Assembly (NCBI GenBank): GCA_000092065.1
Contig: CP000586.1
DNA length: 64,000 bases
Source of the DNA: Ostreococcus lucimarinus
Lineage: Eukaryota
Strand: one strand, 5' to 3'
How positions within the stretch are numbered: position 1 is the first letter of the stretch; every line of letters starts with the position of its first letter. Of this stretch, positions 50,712 through 59,911 are shown one piece after another. The translations under genes were made by a program, and so were the position numbers. Below the pieces are notes generated by a model. The model saw nothing but the letters and a program-made list of their open reading frames with translations. It had not been told where the DNA came from and made no database searches.

Positions 50712-51836
50712 TCACTTTGACGCCGTCATTGCTTTTCGTCTCGCCTCGGCGTACGTTTTCGCAAGTTCGCCATCGGGAGAGTAGAAGACGGCATCGACGA
50801 TAGAAGAACCCTCGCGCGCGCGTAATTCTACCTCCCACCCCAGTTGGTACTTGTCTAGATCCGCGAAACGCTCCTTGCGGCTCGCGTGTTCCTCTGGAAG
50901 GTCCGCGATCGGCCCTCTGGGCACTAAGATGTTCGCGTCGCTCGCGCTGAGCGTCTCTAACTGCGTCGCCCTCGTTTGCGTTGGAGCCATCGGTTGGACG
51001 ACGGGGCGGCTGATCTCAATCTTTGACAACGCCTCCTCCGCTTTCTCCATCGCTGTCTGCTTCGCCGCGGTCGCCTTCATCGTATCTTGGTCAAACGTAC
51101 CCGACGTCGTCGTCTCGTCCGTCACCGCGAGCGTGACGACTTCCAATCGACCTTTACACTCCTTGACGAGTTTGTCCAACGCTCGGTACGTCGACGGATC
51201 CATGGTAAACGTCACGCTCGCCTCGCTCGCGCTCAAGTCGTTGGTTTCTACTTTCCCGCTATTTTCTCGCACGAACGCCATCAAACTTTCCTCCTTTGCG
51301 CTCGGCACGACGGCGGCGAAGCGCATCTCCGCGCGCTTTATTGGAAATATTTCTTGCAGCTTTGGCAGCGCTTCCAACGCTTGTTGCTTGGCGCTTCGCT
51401 TGGGATCGACCGAAAAGTGTATGTCTCTCAGCGCACTTTCGATCATTCCCGGTGGATACGGTCTGTTCGTCCCCGGATTCACGCACTTTTCCACCAGCGT
51501 CGTCACCGCGTCCCGAAACGCGCTCTCGCTCTCCGCTTTCCTCTCCCTTTCGCTCACCTGCAGCTCTCCCTTGGCGAGGATGATCTCGCATATCTTCCCC
51601 CGATCCGTCGTCCCGTACGCCCTGACCAGCTCCTCGTCCCTCGCCACGACGCCCTTGCTCACGTTCACGTACACCTCGCTCGACTGCAGGACGTTGTCCA
51701 AATCCTTCTCGTGCCCTCGTCGGTAGCTCAGGACGGTGTTTTTGTAACACGCGATCTCGAACCGCGAGCCGTGAGTTTTGTGTCGCACCACGGCGACGTT
51801 GGTGAGTTTCTTGATTCCCACCGGTTGGAACATCGC
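50712..51836 (-). CDS. SBDS: SBDS (Shwachman-Bodian-Diamond) ribosome-maturation protein with C-terminal MBD-like extension
   Basis: [40 protein letters not shown] is the canonical SBDS N-terminus. The extreme C-terminus [36 protein letters not shown] resembles a methyl-CpG-binding-domain core (GW-x-R-x-x-G...D-x-x-Y/F-x-SP-x-G-x-x-x-R/K-S/T). Confidence 0.75.
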   Translation of the reverse strand, partial: AMFQPVGIKKLTNVAVVRHKTHGSRFEIACYKNTVLSYRRGHEKDLDNVLQSSEVYVNVSKGVVARDEELVRAYGTTDRGKICEIILAKGELQVSERERKAESESAFRDAVTTLVEKCVNPGTNRPYPPGMIESALRDIHFSVDPKRSAKQQALEALPKLQEIFPIKRAEMRFAAVVPSAKEESLMAFVRENSGKVETNDLSASEASVTFTMDPSTYRALDKLVKECKGRLEVVTLAVTDETTTSGTFDQDTMKATAAKQTAMEKAEEALSKIEISRPVVQPMAPTQTRATQLETLSASDANILVPRGPIADLPEEHASRKERFADLDKYQLGWEVELRAREGSSIVDAVFYSPDGELAKTYAEARRKAMTASK

Positions 51837-51912
51837 GCCGCGCGCGCGGGAATGCGGCGCGGCGGGACGAATTCCCGCATTCCCGGGCGCGCGCGGGACG
51901 TCGGCCGAACGA

Positions 51913-52262
51913 ACATGCTTCCGTTGACGCTGCTCAAGACGTCGTGCGGGCACCCCATGCTGGTGGAGCTGAAGAATGGAGAGACGTACAACGGCACGCT
52001 GGCGTCGTGCGACACGTGGATGAACGTGCACCTGAAGGAGGTGATTTGCACCTCCAAGGATGGCGATCGGTTTTGGCGAATGGCGGAGTGTTACGTGCGC
52101 GGGAACACGATCAAGTACGTGTGCGTGCCGGACGAGGTGCTGGACGTGGTGAAGGAAGAGATGAAGAATCGTCCGCAGGGCGGCGGTCGAGGCGAGGGCG
52201 GTCGAGGCGGTCGCGGCGGTCGCGGCGGGCGCGGTCGCGGAGGCAGGGGACGAGGCGAGTGA
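51913..52262 (+). CDS. LSM4: U6 snRNA-associated Sm-like protein LSm4 with RGG tail
   Basis: [69 protein letters not shown] then (RGG/GRG)n. Confidence 0.85.
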
Positions 52263-52454
52263 GCGCGCGCGGTTCGCCGCGGGACGACGCGGCGACGCGT
52301 CGGAATAGCACACGTAGTTTGTCACACGAGTTACTTAGTCACGCGTTCGGCGCGGTTTTCCGCGCGTTTTCCGCCGTCTCGTCCCTCGCGCGTTCGCGCC
52401 GGTTCGAACCGGCGCGCGCGCGCGCGTTTCGCGCGCGCGTCGAGGGTTTAGGCT

Positions 52455-55400
52455 GTGCCGCGTCGATGGTTTCGGATGGGTCGGCGTCACACGCGCGCCG
52501 TTCGCGCGCGCGGTCGTCGCTCGATCGCGCGGTCGCGCGGTCGCGCTGAGATGGAGCTTTTGCTCGAGTTCGACGACGACGCGCACTACCTCGACGACGA
52601 CGCCCGCGCGCGACGCCGCTCGACGTCGTCGTCCGCGGTCGTTGGGCGCTGGGCGCGGGACGACGACGACGACGACGACGACGAGACGTACGTCGCGGCG
52701 ACGCTGCGCCGAGCGGTGCGGCGATGCGCGCCCGGAAACGATGGAAGCGATGACGACGCGAACGATGCGTTCGAGGCGCTGACGCGATTCGTGAGCGATG
52801 GGGACGAGGACGCGCTCGCGCTGACGGTCATCAAGTTGTTGGAACTCGTGGGCGGGGACGCGGCGGTGATGATGGCGCGAGGAGACGATGAAGACGACGA
52901 TGGGAACGAAAATGTGGGAGAAAATGATGAACACGGACACGGGATGGACGTGGCGATCGCGAGATGCGACGCGGGGTACGTGAAATTGGGCGTGGAACTG
53001 GCGAGGACGATGCCGGAGACCAAGTACGGGCCGAGTCATCGAGGAGCGTTGTTGCGAGGCGTGCGGCACGTGTTGCGGTCGTACATGGGGAATTGTCACG
53101 CGGTGTGCGAACAAGGCGTGGTACAGGAGCTGCTGCGCTCGCTCGACGCGCTTTTGAGATCGAATGAAAACGGCAAAGCCGACGGTGATGTGAAAATCGT
53201 CGCCGAGTGCGCTCGACGCGCGGCGGGATTTTCCATGTCGGCGCTGGATTTGAAAGTGTGGCTAGAGTTAGCCGCGGCGAGCACGCCCGAATCTAGAGGG
53301 TTCCTGCTAGATCAACTCAACATGACGCTGCAGACGAGGTTTAGCACCGGTCCAGCGGAATTGTTCCTGTTGGATGGGGAAAGTAGCGGGATATTAGGCT
53401 CGGCGCAACCCAAGTGGCCGTTTACGGAAGGTTTGGCTTTTGTGACTTGGGTGTACTTGGAAAGCGTTTCTGCGTCAGAGACTACCGCTGCGTCAGCAGC
53501 ATCGTACGCTGCTGCCGCTTCAGCATCGCAGGTCGTGGATGCATCTCCACTCGCCGCCGCTGCAGTTGCCGCCGCCGCCGCGGGCGAAGACGAAGTGCAC
53601 ATGCCGCGGCTGTTTAGTTTTTTATCCGCCGAAGGACAAGGGGTTGAATGTTACTTTCACGATGGTTTCTTGATTTTAGAGACAAATGGTGTTAAAGAAT
53701 CCAGAATGACGCTCCCGTTCTCTCACAAATTCCCTCTCAAGCGATGGTTTTGCTTGGGAATTGAGCATAAACCAGCGAGCGTTCGAACCGGCGGAGCCGA
53801 AACCCGGCTGTACGTGAATGGTATATGTGTCGAAACCCACAAGTTTGATCTACCGAAAATAAGCAAGCCACTTGGGTTCTGTTGTATAGGTACAAATCCT
53901 CCAGCAGCTATGGCCGGGCTACAACGTAAGCGGCGTCAATGCGCACTGTTTGCAAGTCTCGGACCAGTGTACATTTTCAAACAGGCGCTTGGCGGTCATG
54001 CGATGAAGGCACTTTCAGCGCGTGGTGGATCTTATGTTCCGCGATTTTCATCGAACGATGACAAAGGAGGCGATGTCAACGTCGAAGATGTCTTAGATAA
54101 GGTATTAGCACCGACTATACTTCAGGTTCTCCATCCTCGAATGGCGAGCAAGAACTACGTCTTGGATATTTCTCCTGCAGGAGTGTCCATCGAGTCCAAA
54201 GCGGCCCTGTTGGGCGGCACAACTGTAGCGAGGCGCAACTTGATGCGAGACTCTATTTGGGCATCGTGTGAAAGTGGACCAGCCATCATGCTACCGTTCG
54301 CGTGTCCGTTGGTTAGCTCAAGGAATTTAGCACCGGAGATTTCAGATGCTCATGACGATTTCGCCAGTGCGGGTTTATCCATACGTTCAGTTATCGGAAT
54401 AATAGCCGGTGCGTGCGAAAACCATCCTCCAAACTTGAAAGTCATGGAAGACAAAAACGTCCCAAGTCTCTTGGCGCACGCTTTACCGTTCGCTATGGAT
54501 GCTCTACGTCGACAGTTTTCTGGCGACATTCTCGACGACGAGGAGGAAGCCATTCTTGACGCCATTGAGCATCTCTTATCCGTGTGTAAGAGCGAGAAAG
54601 TGTTATCAAAGCAGCTTCTTTCTACGCTTGTGTTGGACTTCAAACCTTGGAACGGCTCCGGAGCACGCGTAGTTCGGCGTCGCTTGAACATATGTTCTTC
54701 GCTCTGTAACACGAGCCCAGATTTGATGCAAGAAATTTCAGCGCTGCAACTTCTGTTTGATAATGGACGTCGTTGGCTTTCACCAGCGACGTCTCTAATG
54801 GGAGGAATACTGCATAGTAGTTCTACGAAGTCAGTTATGGATGATAGAGGAGAATTACGGGTATCAGAGAAGGAGTTGCTGGGATTGATAGACGACTTGT
54901 TGGTGTCCGTGAATTTACTCGTCAACACCAGTGAACACATGGACGCAAAAGTTGAAATCATAATCGGCTTTCTTGCAGAGTGCCCGTGCCCTCACATGCT
55001 CTCAGCTACCATAAAGCTAGTCCATTCAATGATTGTCTCACCTAAGGCTGATAGAGCGAACGAATTTTTATTTGCCTTTGTGTCCAAAGGAGGTGTCGAG
55101 GTCTGCATGGGTCTCATGCGCGCACTTGCTCTCCGAGGAAAATTTGATCATCAACTTCAGGGTGTGCAGGGCTTGTTTGCCGAATGTGTGAGATTATTTG
55201 GCTATATGTTAGAAACCGGGTGCGTGAGCGCAAATAAAACGACCGAAGTAGGCGGTAGCAAGAAGGTCACCAAGGGAAGCATAGAAAGAGCTGTTCGGTA
55301 TGCTTTCATCAAAGGCTCAGCTGAACTGCTAACAGTTGACGTGTACGAGGCGATCATTCAGTCCTCTATCTCAATCAATCTCGCAAGCATAAACATGACT

Positions 55401-58400
55401 GAGCCGGCTCGGCTCATCAGCGGTGGTATGCTTGGATCTATGCTCTCAACTCTACCGAAGTGCGAAGAGAGTGTGTCTAGTCGAGCGCTGAACGACGTCA
55501 TGTTGATTGCGTGCGCATACGCAGACAATCGCAACTTATTACTTTCTTTGCCCGAATTCCCAGAGTGGTTAGTGGAGATACTCGTGCAGTCCACAATCTC
55601 TAGCGCGTTGAGTGCTGCAAACGACCTGCTAATGATCCTGTTGCAACATTCAATGCGATTGCCGGATGGTTGGCGCGTTCTTGAGACAGTGATTGAATCG
55701 ATCAAGATGGTCACCAAAGATGATGTAAAAAAGCGAGCCGAAGTCCAGCAGCTAGTATTGCAAAGCTTGGCGACGTTTATGATCAGTGAGTTGAAAGGCA
55801 TAAGCGTTTCAGATGATAATCGAACAAAGAAGTCGAGAGAAAACCTGAGCGCAAACAGCAACGCAACGTTTGAAAACATCATCGCTTTGTTAGACATGAT
55901 TGAAGATCATTTGAGGTTACTTAGCGCTGAGTCACTATCGCCAATTCATTCATACGATATTGGTAAGATCTCGAACGCCCTAGTCTGCTACGGGGCATAC
56001 GCTACGGACTCAGCAAATGGATGGGTCAACCGTTGTCGCTTGATTGAAGGTCTCGTCGCGACGCCAAGCGCAGGTTCAACAGCAATGGGCGGTCAATCTC
56101 TCGAACTGCTACGTCTCACGCAGCAAATGATAAATTTTATGGTCGGTATGCAATGCACTGGTGCAGATTCATACTCACTGTTGCTGAAGGATGATGAGTT
56201 GGTCCTCTTATTTCTCAGACTCACTCTCGCGTATTTTCGCGAAGAAGATCTTCCAATAGATGACGATTCGTATGATAGCGCCCTACCGCTGATGCCGGCA
56301 CATATCGTGAATACACTGCCGTCGCTAACCTCCGGTAGTTCTTCGATTTCCGATGCGATTGTATTTGAGGCAAAGCATCTGTGGGGCACGACACAGTCGA
56401 GCGAGGCTGGTAAGAAGTTGGCAGTGTTGCACAACCTGCTTGTACCTCTGTTGCAAGCGGCATCGGTGCGTAAAACGGCTCGTCTCGCACCAGGAGCCAT
56501 AGCGCTTCTGTTAGACGAAGTTTGGCGGTACTCAAAACTCAAGGGACGAAAAGTGGTGTATATCAAGGCGATCACCACTTACTTGATCGCCTTGGTTGCT
56601 CGCTGGCGGGAAGTCATCGTTGCGGGCGAGAAGGATGATATCTCTCCAAAGCTGCGTTCGCTTGCATCAGGATCGTTGAGCTCAGCAATAATATCTCTAT
56701 GTTCAGCTGAGTGGACCAAGATACTCATGTCGTCAACAATCAAGGAAACGCTCATATGTGTAGTCAAATCAACGCCTATGGGTGAAACGCGAAACAGCGT
56801 CGTAGCCGCCCGAGGCCCAGATGCGACAGAGTCGAGACTGAGTGCGCAGAGAGCTGTTCATCACACAAGGACAGATACTTTCAAAAAGTTTGTGACGACT
56901 TGGGAAGGTGAATACGTGCACATCTCTATGTCGTCGAAATGGCTCGCAGCGCTCTCAAAGGAAGCTTCTAGACGTACTCTATCCATCGCCGCCGAAGGCG
57001 AAAAGAAAAGCGAAGTTATCGTCGCTTGGGAAGGTTACATGAGAGCCTTGCAAGCGAGTAATTCTCTGGTGACGAAAATTAAGGATGATGGCGATGTCGC
57101 ACGTTTAGGAATCGACCCATCAGAGAGCGGTAGACGACGTCGTTACTCTCTTTCTCGCATGGCGATGCGACAGCGTTTAACGCATTTGGCACCAGTCGAC
57201 TCAAAGGCGATGGAAATTAAGCTCCCTGTCCGACAACAGCATGACGCATCGGACGACGAAGATGACCTTCCTCTGAGTCCACAGCGATCGATGAACAACG
57301 AAGAGTTAAACGAGGTGATGGCTGCCACTGCCGCACTGGCAGTCGCGGCAAATCGTAGCGAAGTAAAGAAGTCCAATTATGAGTGTTCTGCGACAATGGT
57401 CACTCCTCTGGACATCTACAGTGGCAAATTCACAATCTCTGACAAGGAAATGATATTTTACACCGAAGACAACTCGCACGTCTGGTCTTGGCCCCTGGAG
57501 CATCTTCATCAAGTTCAAAGTCGAAGATATTTGCTTCGTCGAAGCGCTCTGGAATTTTTCATGCTAGACCGCATGACTTACTTTATTGATTTCGGTACTG
57601 CTGAACAAAGGCGGCAAGTTTTCCGCGTGTTGATCAAGCTGAAGCCCAAAAATTTCGTTCCACTCTATCTTGAGACCAGTAAGCCGGAAGCTTTGCTCCG
57701 CAAAAGTGATATCACGTCACGGTGGATTCGTCGTGAAATTTCAAATTTTGACTATATCATGGCGCTGAATACACTTGCCGGAAGAAGTTACCAAGACATA
57801 ACGCAGTATCCAGTGTTCCCGTGGGTTCTCACGGATTACACCTCGGAAACTCTAGATTTGAGCAATCCAGACGTGTATCGTGATTTGCGGAAGCCTATCG
57901 GAGCGCTGAACCCAGATCGACTTGCGAGAATCAAGGAGCGCTACGACTTTTTTGACGACCCTGAAATCCCGAAGTTTCATTACGGGAGTCATTATAGCTC
58001 ATCTGGAACGGTCTTATTCTATCTCTTGCGTGTCGATCCATTCACGACGCTCGCATATGAGCTGCAAGGTGGTAAATTTGATCATGCAGATAGACTTTTC
58101 CACGACATTGCTTCGACGTGGAAGAGTTGCTACAATGACATGAGTGACGTCAAAGAGCTTGTACCTGAATTCTTCTACCTTCCAGAAATGTTCAAAAATG
58201 TCAACAATATTGACTTCGGAGTCACTCAATCTGGTGAGAAAGTCGACGCCGTCATACTTCCTCCGTGGGCAAAATCACCGGAAGACTTCGTCGCAAAGCA
58301 GCGCGAGGCTCTTGAGAGTGACTACGTCAGTAAGAACCTTCACCACTGGGTCGATCTCATTTTTGGCTACAAGCAAAGAGGCAAAGCTGCAGAGTCTGCG

Positions 58401-59846
58401 TGTAATGTTTTCTACTATATGACCTATGAAGGTGCAGTTGACGTCGAAGCTATTCAAGATCCAATCCTGCTGAAGGCAACGCAGGATCAAATTGCTTGCT
58501 TCGGGCAAACTCCCTCGCAGCTTCTGACCATACCACATCCTGGTAGGCAACGCGCGGCTGATTCAGTTATCGGGTGCCATTGGTTATTTGATAACGGCGA
58601 CAAAGTGAACGACTACCTTCTCAATACACCAAGTTACGCTGACAACCGTGTCGCCTTCATGGACATTCTCTCCACCGGTCAACTAGTCGTAATATCCACA
58701 GCTTTGGAGATGAAGACGCATCGCTTCATGCCAAGTGTGCCAAGTGGTGCGGGGTTACCATTTACTTTTGAGCCTGCGAAAGAACAAAGCACGCTCGGTT
58801 CGTTCATGGGTTCGATTCGTCGACGAGCTGGATTTACTGATGTCACAGAAGCTGTGAAATTTAACGCCAAACTTGATCCAAAGCTGATCAAGCCTGGTCG
58901 AAAGCTTCCGTGCGCCATGCTTCCCGGCGGACGTCACGTGGTTATTGGTGGTCACGCCGATAACTCATTGAAGGTATTCAACTGCGAGAACGGGTCGATA
59001 GAGAGTAATGAAACGGGCCACCGCGCGCCTGTAATTTCGATTTCAATCTCCGCCGACGGGAGAGTTCTTGCGACTGGATCTGTCGACGGTACGATTGGAA
59101 TCTGGCTTATCAGAATACCAACGGAGAAAGTTACACTAGGTGAGAATCTACGAGAAACAATCGCTCCAATCATTCGAGTCGACGTCAACTCCATTTTCAA
59201 CGAAGGATCAACCGTTGCAAACGTCATTGATCGTTTGACAACTGACGATGCTCCGACGACAAAGATGACGCTAAATGGGCCCATTAGCTTACTGAAAGGG
59301 CATGGTGAGTCAATTACATCGCTCGCCATAAACACGAACTTGGATTTAATTTTGGCGGTGACTCCAGCTGCTGGGGCTTCTCTTTATTCCGTGATGAAAG
59401 GCGCCGCCATGGTCACATTTCCCAACCTTCGAGGTTCCCTTTGCGCTATTTCTGACGAAGCCTTTTTGGTTGTTTGGAACGAGTTGCAACGCACACTCAC
59501 TGTGGTATCATTGAATGGAAACATCATCTCAACAATTTCTTTGGTGGATACGTGTTCCACTTTAACCACGTTACTTGTTTCGAAGGACGGTTATCATCTC
59601 GTGGCTGGCACGGCATCCAGTGAGGGAAAAGTGGCTGTAGTTGCTTTTGACTTACCCTCGTTACGTTTGCGCCATCGCTGGGAGTTCGAATCGAATTCCG
59701 ACATCAGTCAAGTCGTCATGACGGCTGACAATACGAATATACTCGTCTCGACGCACGAAGGAGCCGTGAGGGTACTGGTAGATCCAAGTCTCGCGGCGCG
59801 AGTACTTGAGTCCGCTTTGCAAGCTGGCTGGTCGTCAGTCGTTTGA
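52455..59846 (+). CDS. BEACH-domain protein (LYST/neurobeachin-like: ConA-like, PH-like, BEACH, WD40)
   Basis: BEACH core ...REISNFDYIMALNTLAGRSYQDITQYPVFPWVLTDYTSETLDLSNPDVYRDLRKPIGALNPDRLARIKERY...FHYGSHYSS...WVDLIFGYKQRG. PH-like WSWPLEHLHQVQSRRYLLRRSALEFF. The C-terminus has WD-like repeats. Start at ATG 52455 or 52551. Confidence 0.85.
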   Translation: MPRRWFRMGRRHTRAVRARGRRSIARSRGRAEMELLLEFDDDAHYLDDDARARRRSTSSSAVVGRWARDDDDDDDDETYVAATLRRAVRRCAPGNDGSDDDANDAFEALTRFVSDGDEDALALTVIKLLELVGGDAAVMMARGDDEDDDGNENVGENDEHGHGMDVAIARCDAGYVKLGVELARTMPETKYGPSHRGALLRGVRHVLRSYMGNCHAVCEQGVVQELLRSLDALLRSNENGKADGDVKIVAECARRAAGFSMSALDLKVWLELAAASTPESRGFLLDQLNMTLQTRFSTGPAELFLLDGESSGILGSAQPKWPFTEGLAFVTWVYLESVSASETTAASAASYAAAASASQVVDASPLAAAAVAAAAAGEDEVHMPRLFSFLSAEGQGVECYFHDGFLILETNGVKESRMTLPFSHKFPLKRWFCLGIEHKPASVRTGGAETRLYVNGICVETHKFDLPKISKPLGFCCIGTNPPAAMAGLQRKRRQCALFASLGPVYIFKQALGGHAMKALSARGGSYVPRFSSNDDKGGDVNVEDVLDKVLAPTILQVLHPRMASKNYVLDISPAGVSIESKAALLGGTTVARRNLMRDSIWASCESGPAIMLPFACPLVSSRNLAPEISDAHDDFASAGLSIRSVIGIIAGACENHPPNLKVMEDKNVPSLLAHALPFAMDALRRQFSGDILDDEEEAILDAIEHLLSVCKSEKVLSKQLLSTLVLDFKPWNGSGARVVRRRLNICSSLCNTSPDLMQEISALQLLFDNGRRWLSPATSLMGGILHSSSTKSVMDDRGELRVSEKELLGLIDDLLVSVNLLVNTSEHMDAKVEIIIGFLAECPCPHMLSATIKLVHSMIVSPKADRANEFLFAFVSKGGVEVCMGLMRALALRGKFDHQLQGVQGLFAECVRLFGYMLETGCVSANKTTEVGGSKKVTKGSIERAVRYAFIKGSAELLTVDVYEAIIQSSISINLASINMTEPARLISGGMLGSMLSTLPKCEESVSSRALNDVMLIACAYADNRNLLLSLPEFPEWLVEILVQSTISSALSAANDLLMILLQHSMRLPDGWRVLETVIESIKMVTKDDVKKRAEVQQLVLQSLATFMISELKGISVSDDNRTKKSRENLSANSNATFENIIALLDMIEDHLRLLSAESLSPIHSYDIGKISNALVCYGAYATDSANGWVNRCRLIEGLVATPSAGSTAMGGQSLELLRLTQQMINFMVGMQCTGADSYSLLLKDDELVLLFLRLTLAYFREEDLPIDDDSYDSALPLMPAHIVNTLPSLTSGSSSISDAIVFEAKHLWGTTQSSEAGKKLAVLHNLLVPLLQAASVRKTARLAPGAIALLLDEVWRYSKLKGRKVVYIKAITTYLIALVARWREVIVAGEKDDISPKLRSLASGSLSSAIISLCSAEWTKILMSSTIKETLICVVKSTPMGETRNSVVAARGPDATESRLSAQRAVHHTRTDTFKKFVTTWEGEYVHISMSSKWLAALSKEASRRTLSIAAEGEKKSEVIVAWEGYMRALQASNSLVTKIKDDGDVARLGIDPSESGRRRRYSLSRMAMRQRLTHLAPVDSKAMEIKLPVRQQHDASDDEDDLPLSPQRSMNNEELNEVMAATAALAVAANRSEVKKSNYECSATMVTPLDIYSGKFTISDKEMIFYTEDNSHVWSWPLEHLHQVQSRRYLLRRSALEFFMLDRMTYFIDFGTAEQRRQVFRVLIKLKPKNFVPLYLETSKPEALLRKSDITSRWIRREISNFDYIMALNTLAGRSYQDITQYPVFPWVLTDYTSETLDLSNPDVYRDLRKPIGALNPDRLARIKERYDFFDDPEIPKFHYGSHYSSSGTVLFYLLRVDPFTTLAYELQGGKFDHADRLFHDIASTWKSCYNDMSDVKELVPEFFYLPEMFKNVNNIDFGVTQSGEKVDAVILPPWAKSPEDFVAKQREALESDYVSKNLHHWVDLIFGYKQRGKAAESACNVFYYMTYEGAVDVEAIQDPILLKATQDQIACFGQTPSQLLTIPHPGRQRAADSVIGCHWLFDNGDKVNDYLLNTPSYADNRVAFMDILSTGQLVVISTALEMKTHRFMPSVPSGAGLPFTFEPAKEQSTLGSFMGSIRRRAGFTDVTEAVKFNAKLDPKLIKPGRKLPCAMLPGGRHVVIGGHADNSLKVFNCENGSIESNETGHRAPVISISISADGRVLATGSVDGTIGIWLIRIPTEKVTLGENLRETIAPIIRVDVNSIFNEGSTVANVIDRLTTDDAPTTKMTLNGPISLLKGHGESITSLAINTNLDLILAVTPAAGASLYSVMKGAAMVTFPNLRGSLCAISDEAFLVVWNELQRTLTVVSLNGNIISTISLVDTCSTLTTLLVSKDGYHLVAGTASSEGKVAVVAFDLPSLRLRHRWEFESNSDISQVVMTADNTNILVSTHEGAVRVLVDPSLAARVLESALQAGWSSVV

Positions 59847-59911
59847 GATTTTTAGCACAAAAATAGCATTCATGGTAATGAAACAGTTATTAGCACTTAG
59901 TTTTACAATTT

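Noticed and set aside
51837-52325. Upstream 160 codons of ORF 50712..52325 (-), and analogous Arg-rich leaders of ORFs 59912..62719, 28163..32638, 42211.., 3588..
   Set aside because: Low-complexity open frames upstream of the first conserved Met, overlapping neighbouring genes on the other strand. Treated as 5' UTR or ORF-finder artefacts, not coding.
52391-52404. GGTTCGAA sequence, checked as a possible tRNA T-arm (GGTTCGAATCC)
   Set aside because: It is part of a perfect palindrome without acceptor-stem or anticodon-arm context. No tRNA could be supported anywhere in the window by eye.
52418-52432. E2F-like TTTCGCGC inside gcgcgTTTCGCGCgcgcg upstream of the BEACH gene
   Set aside because: Embedded in an alternating CG tract. 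Chance occurrence is very likely and BEACH is not an expected E2F target.
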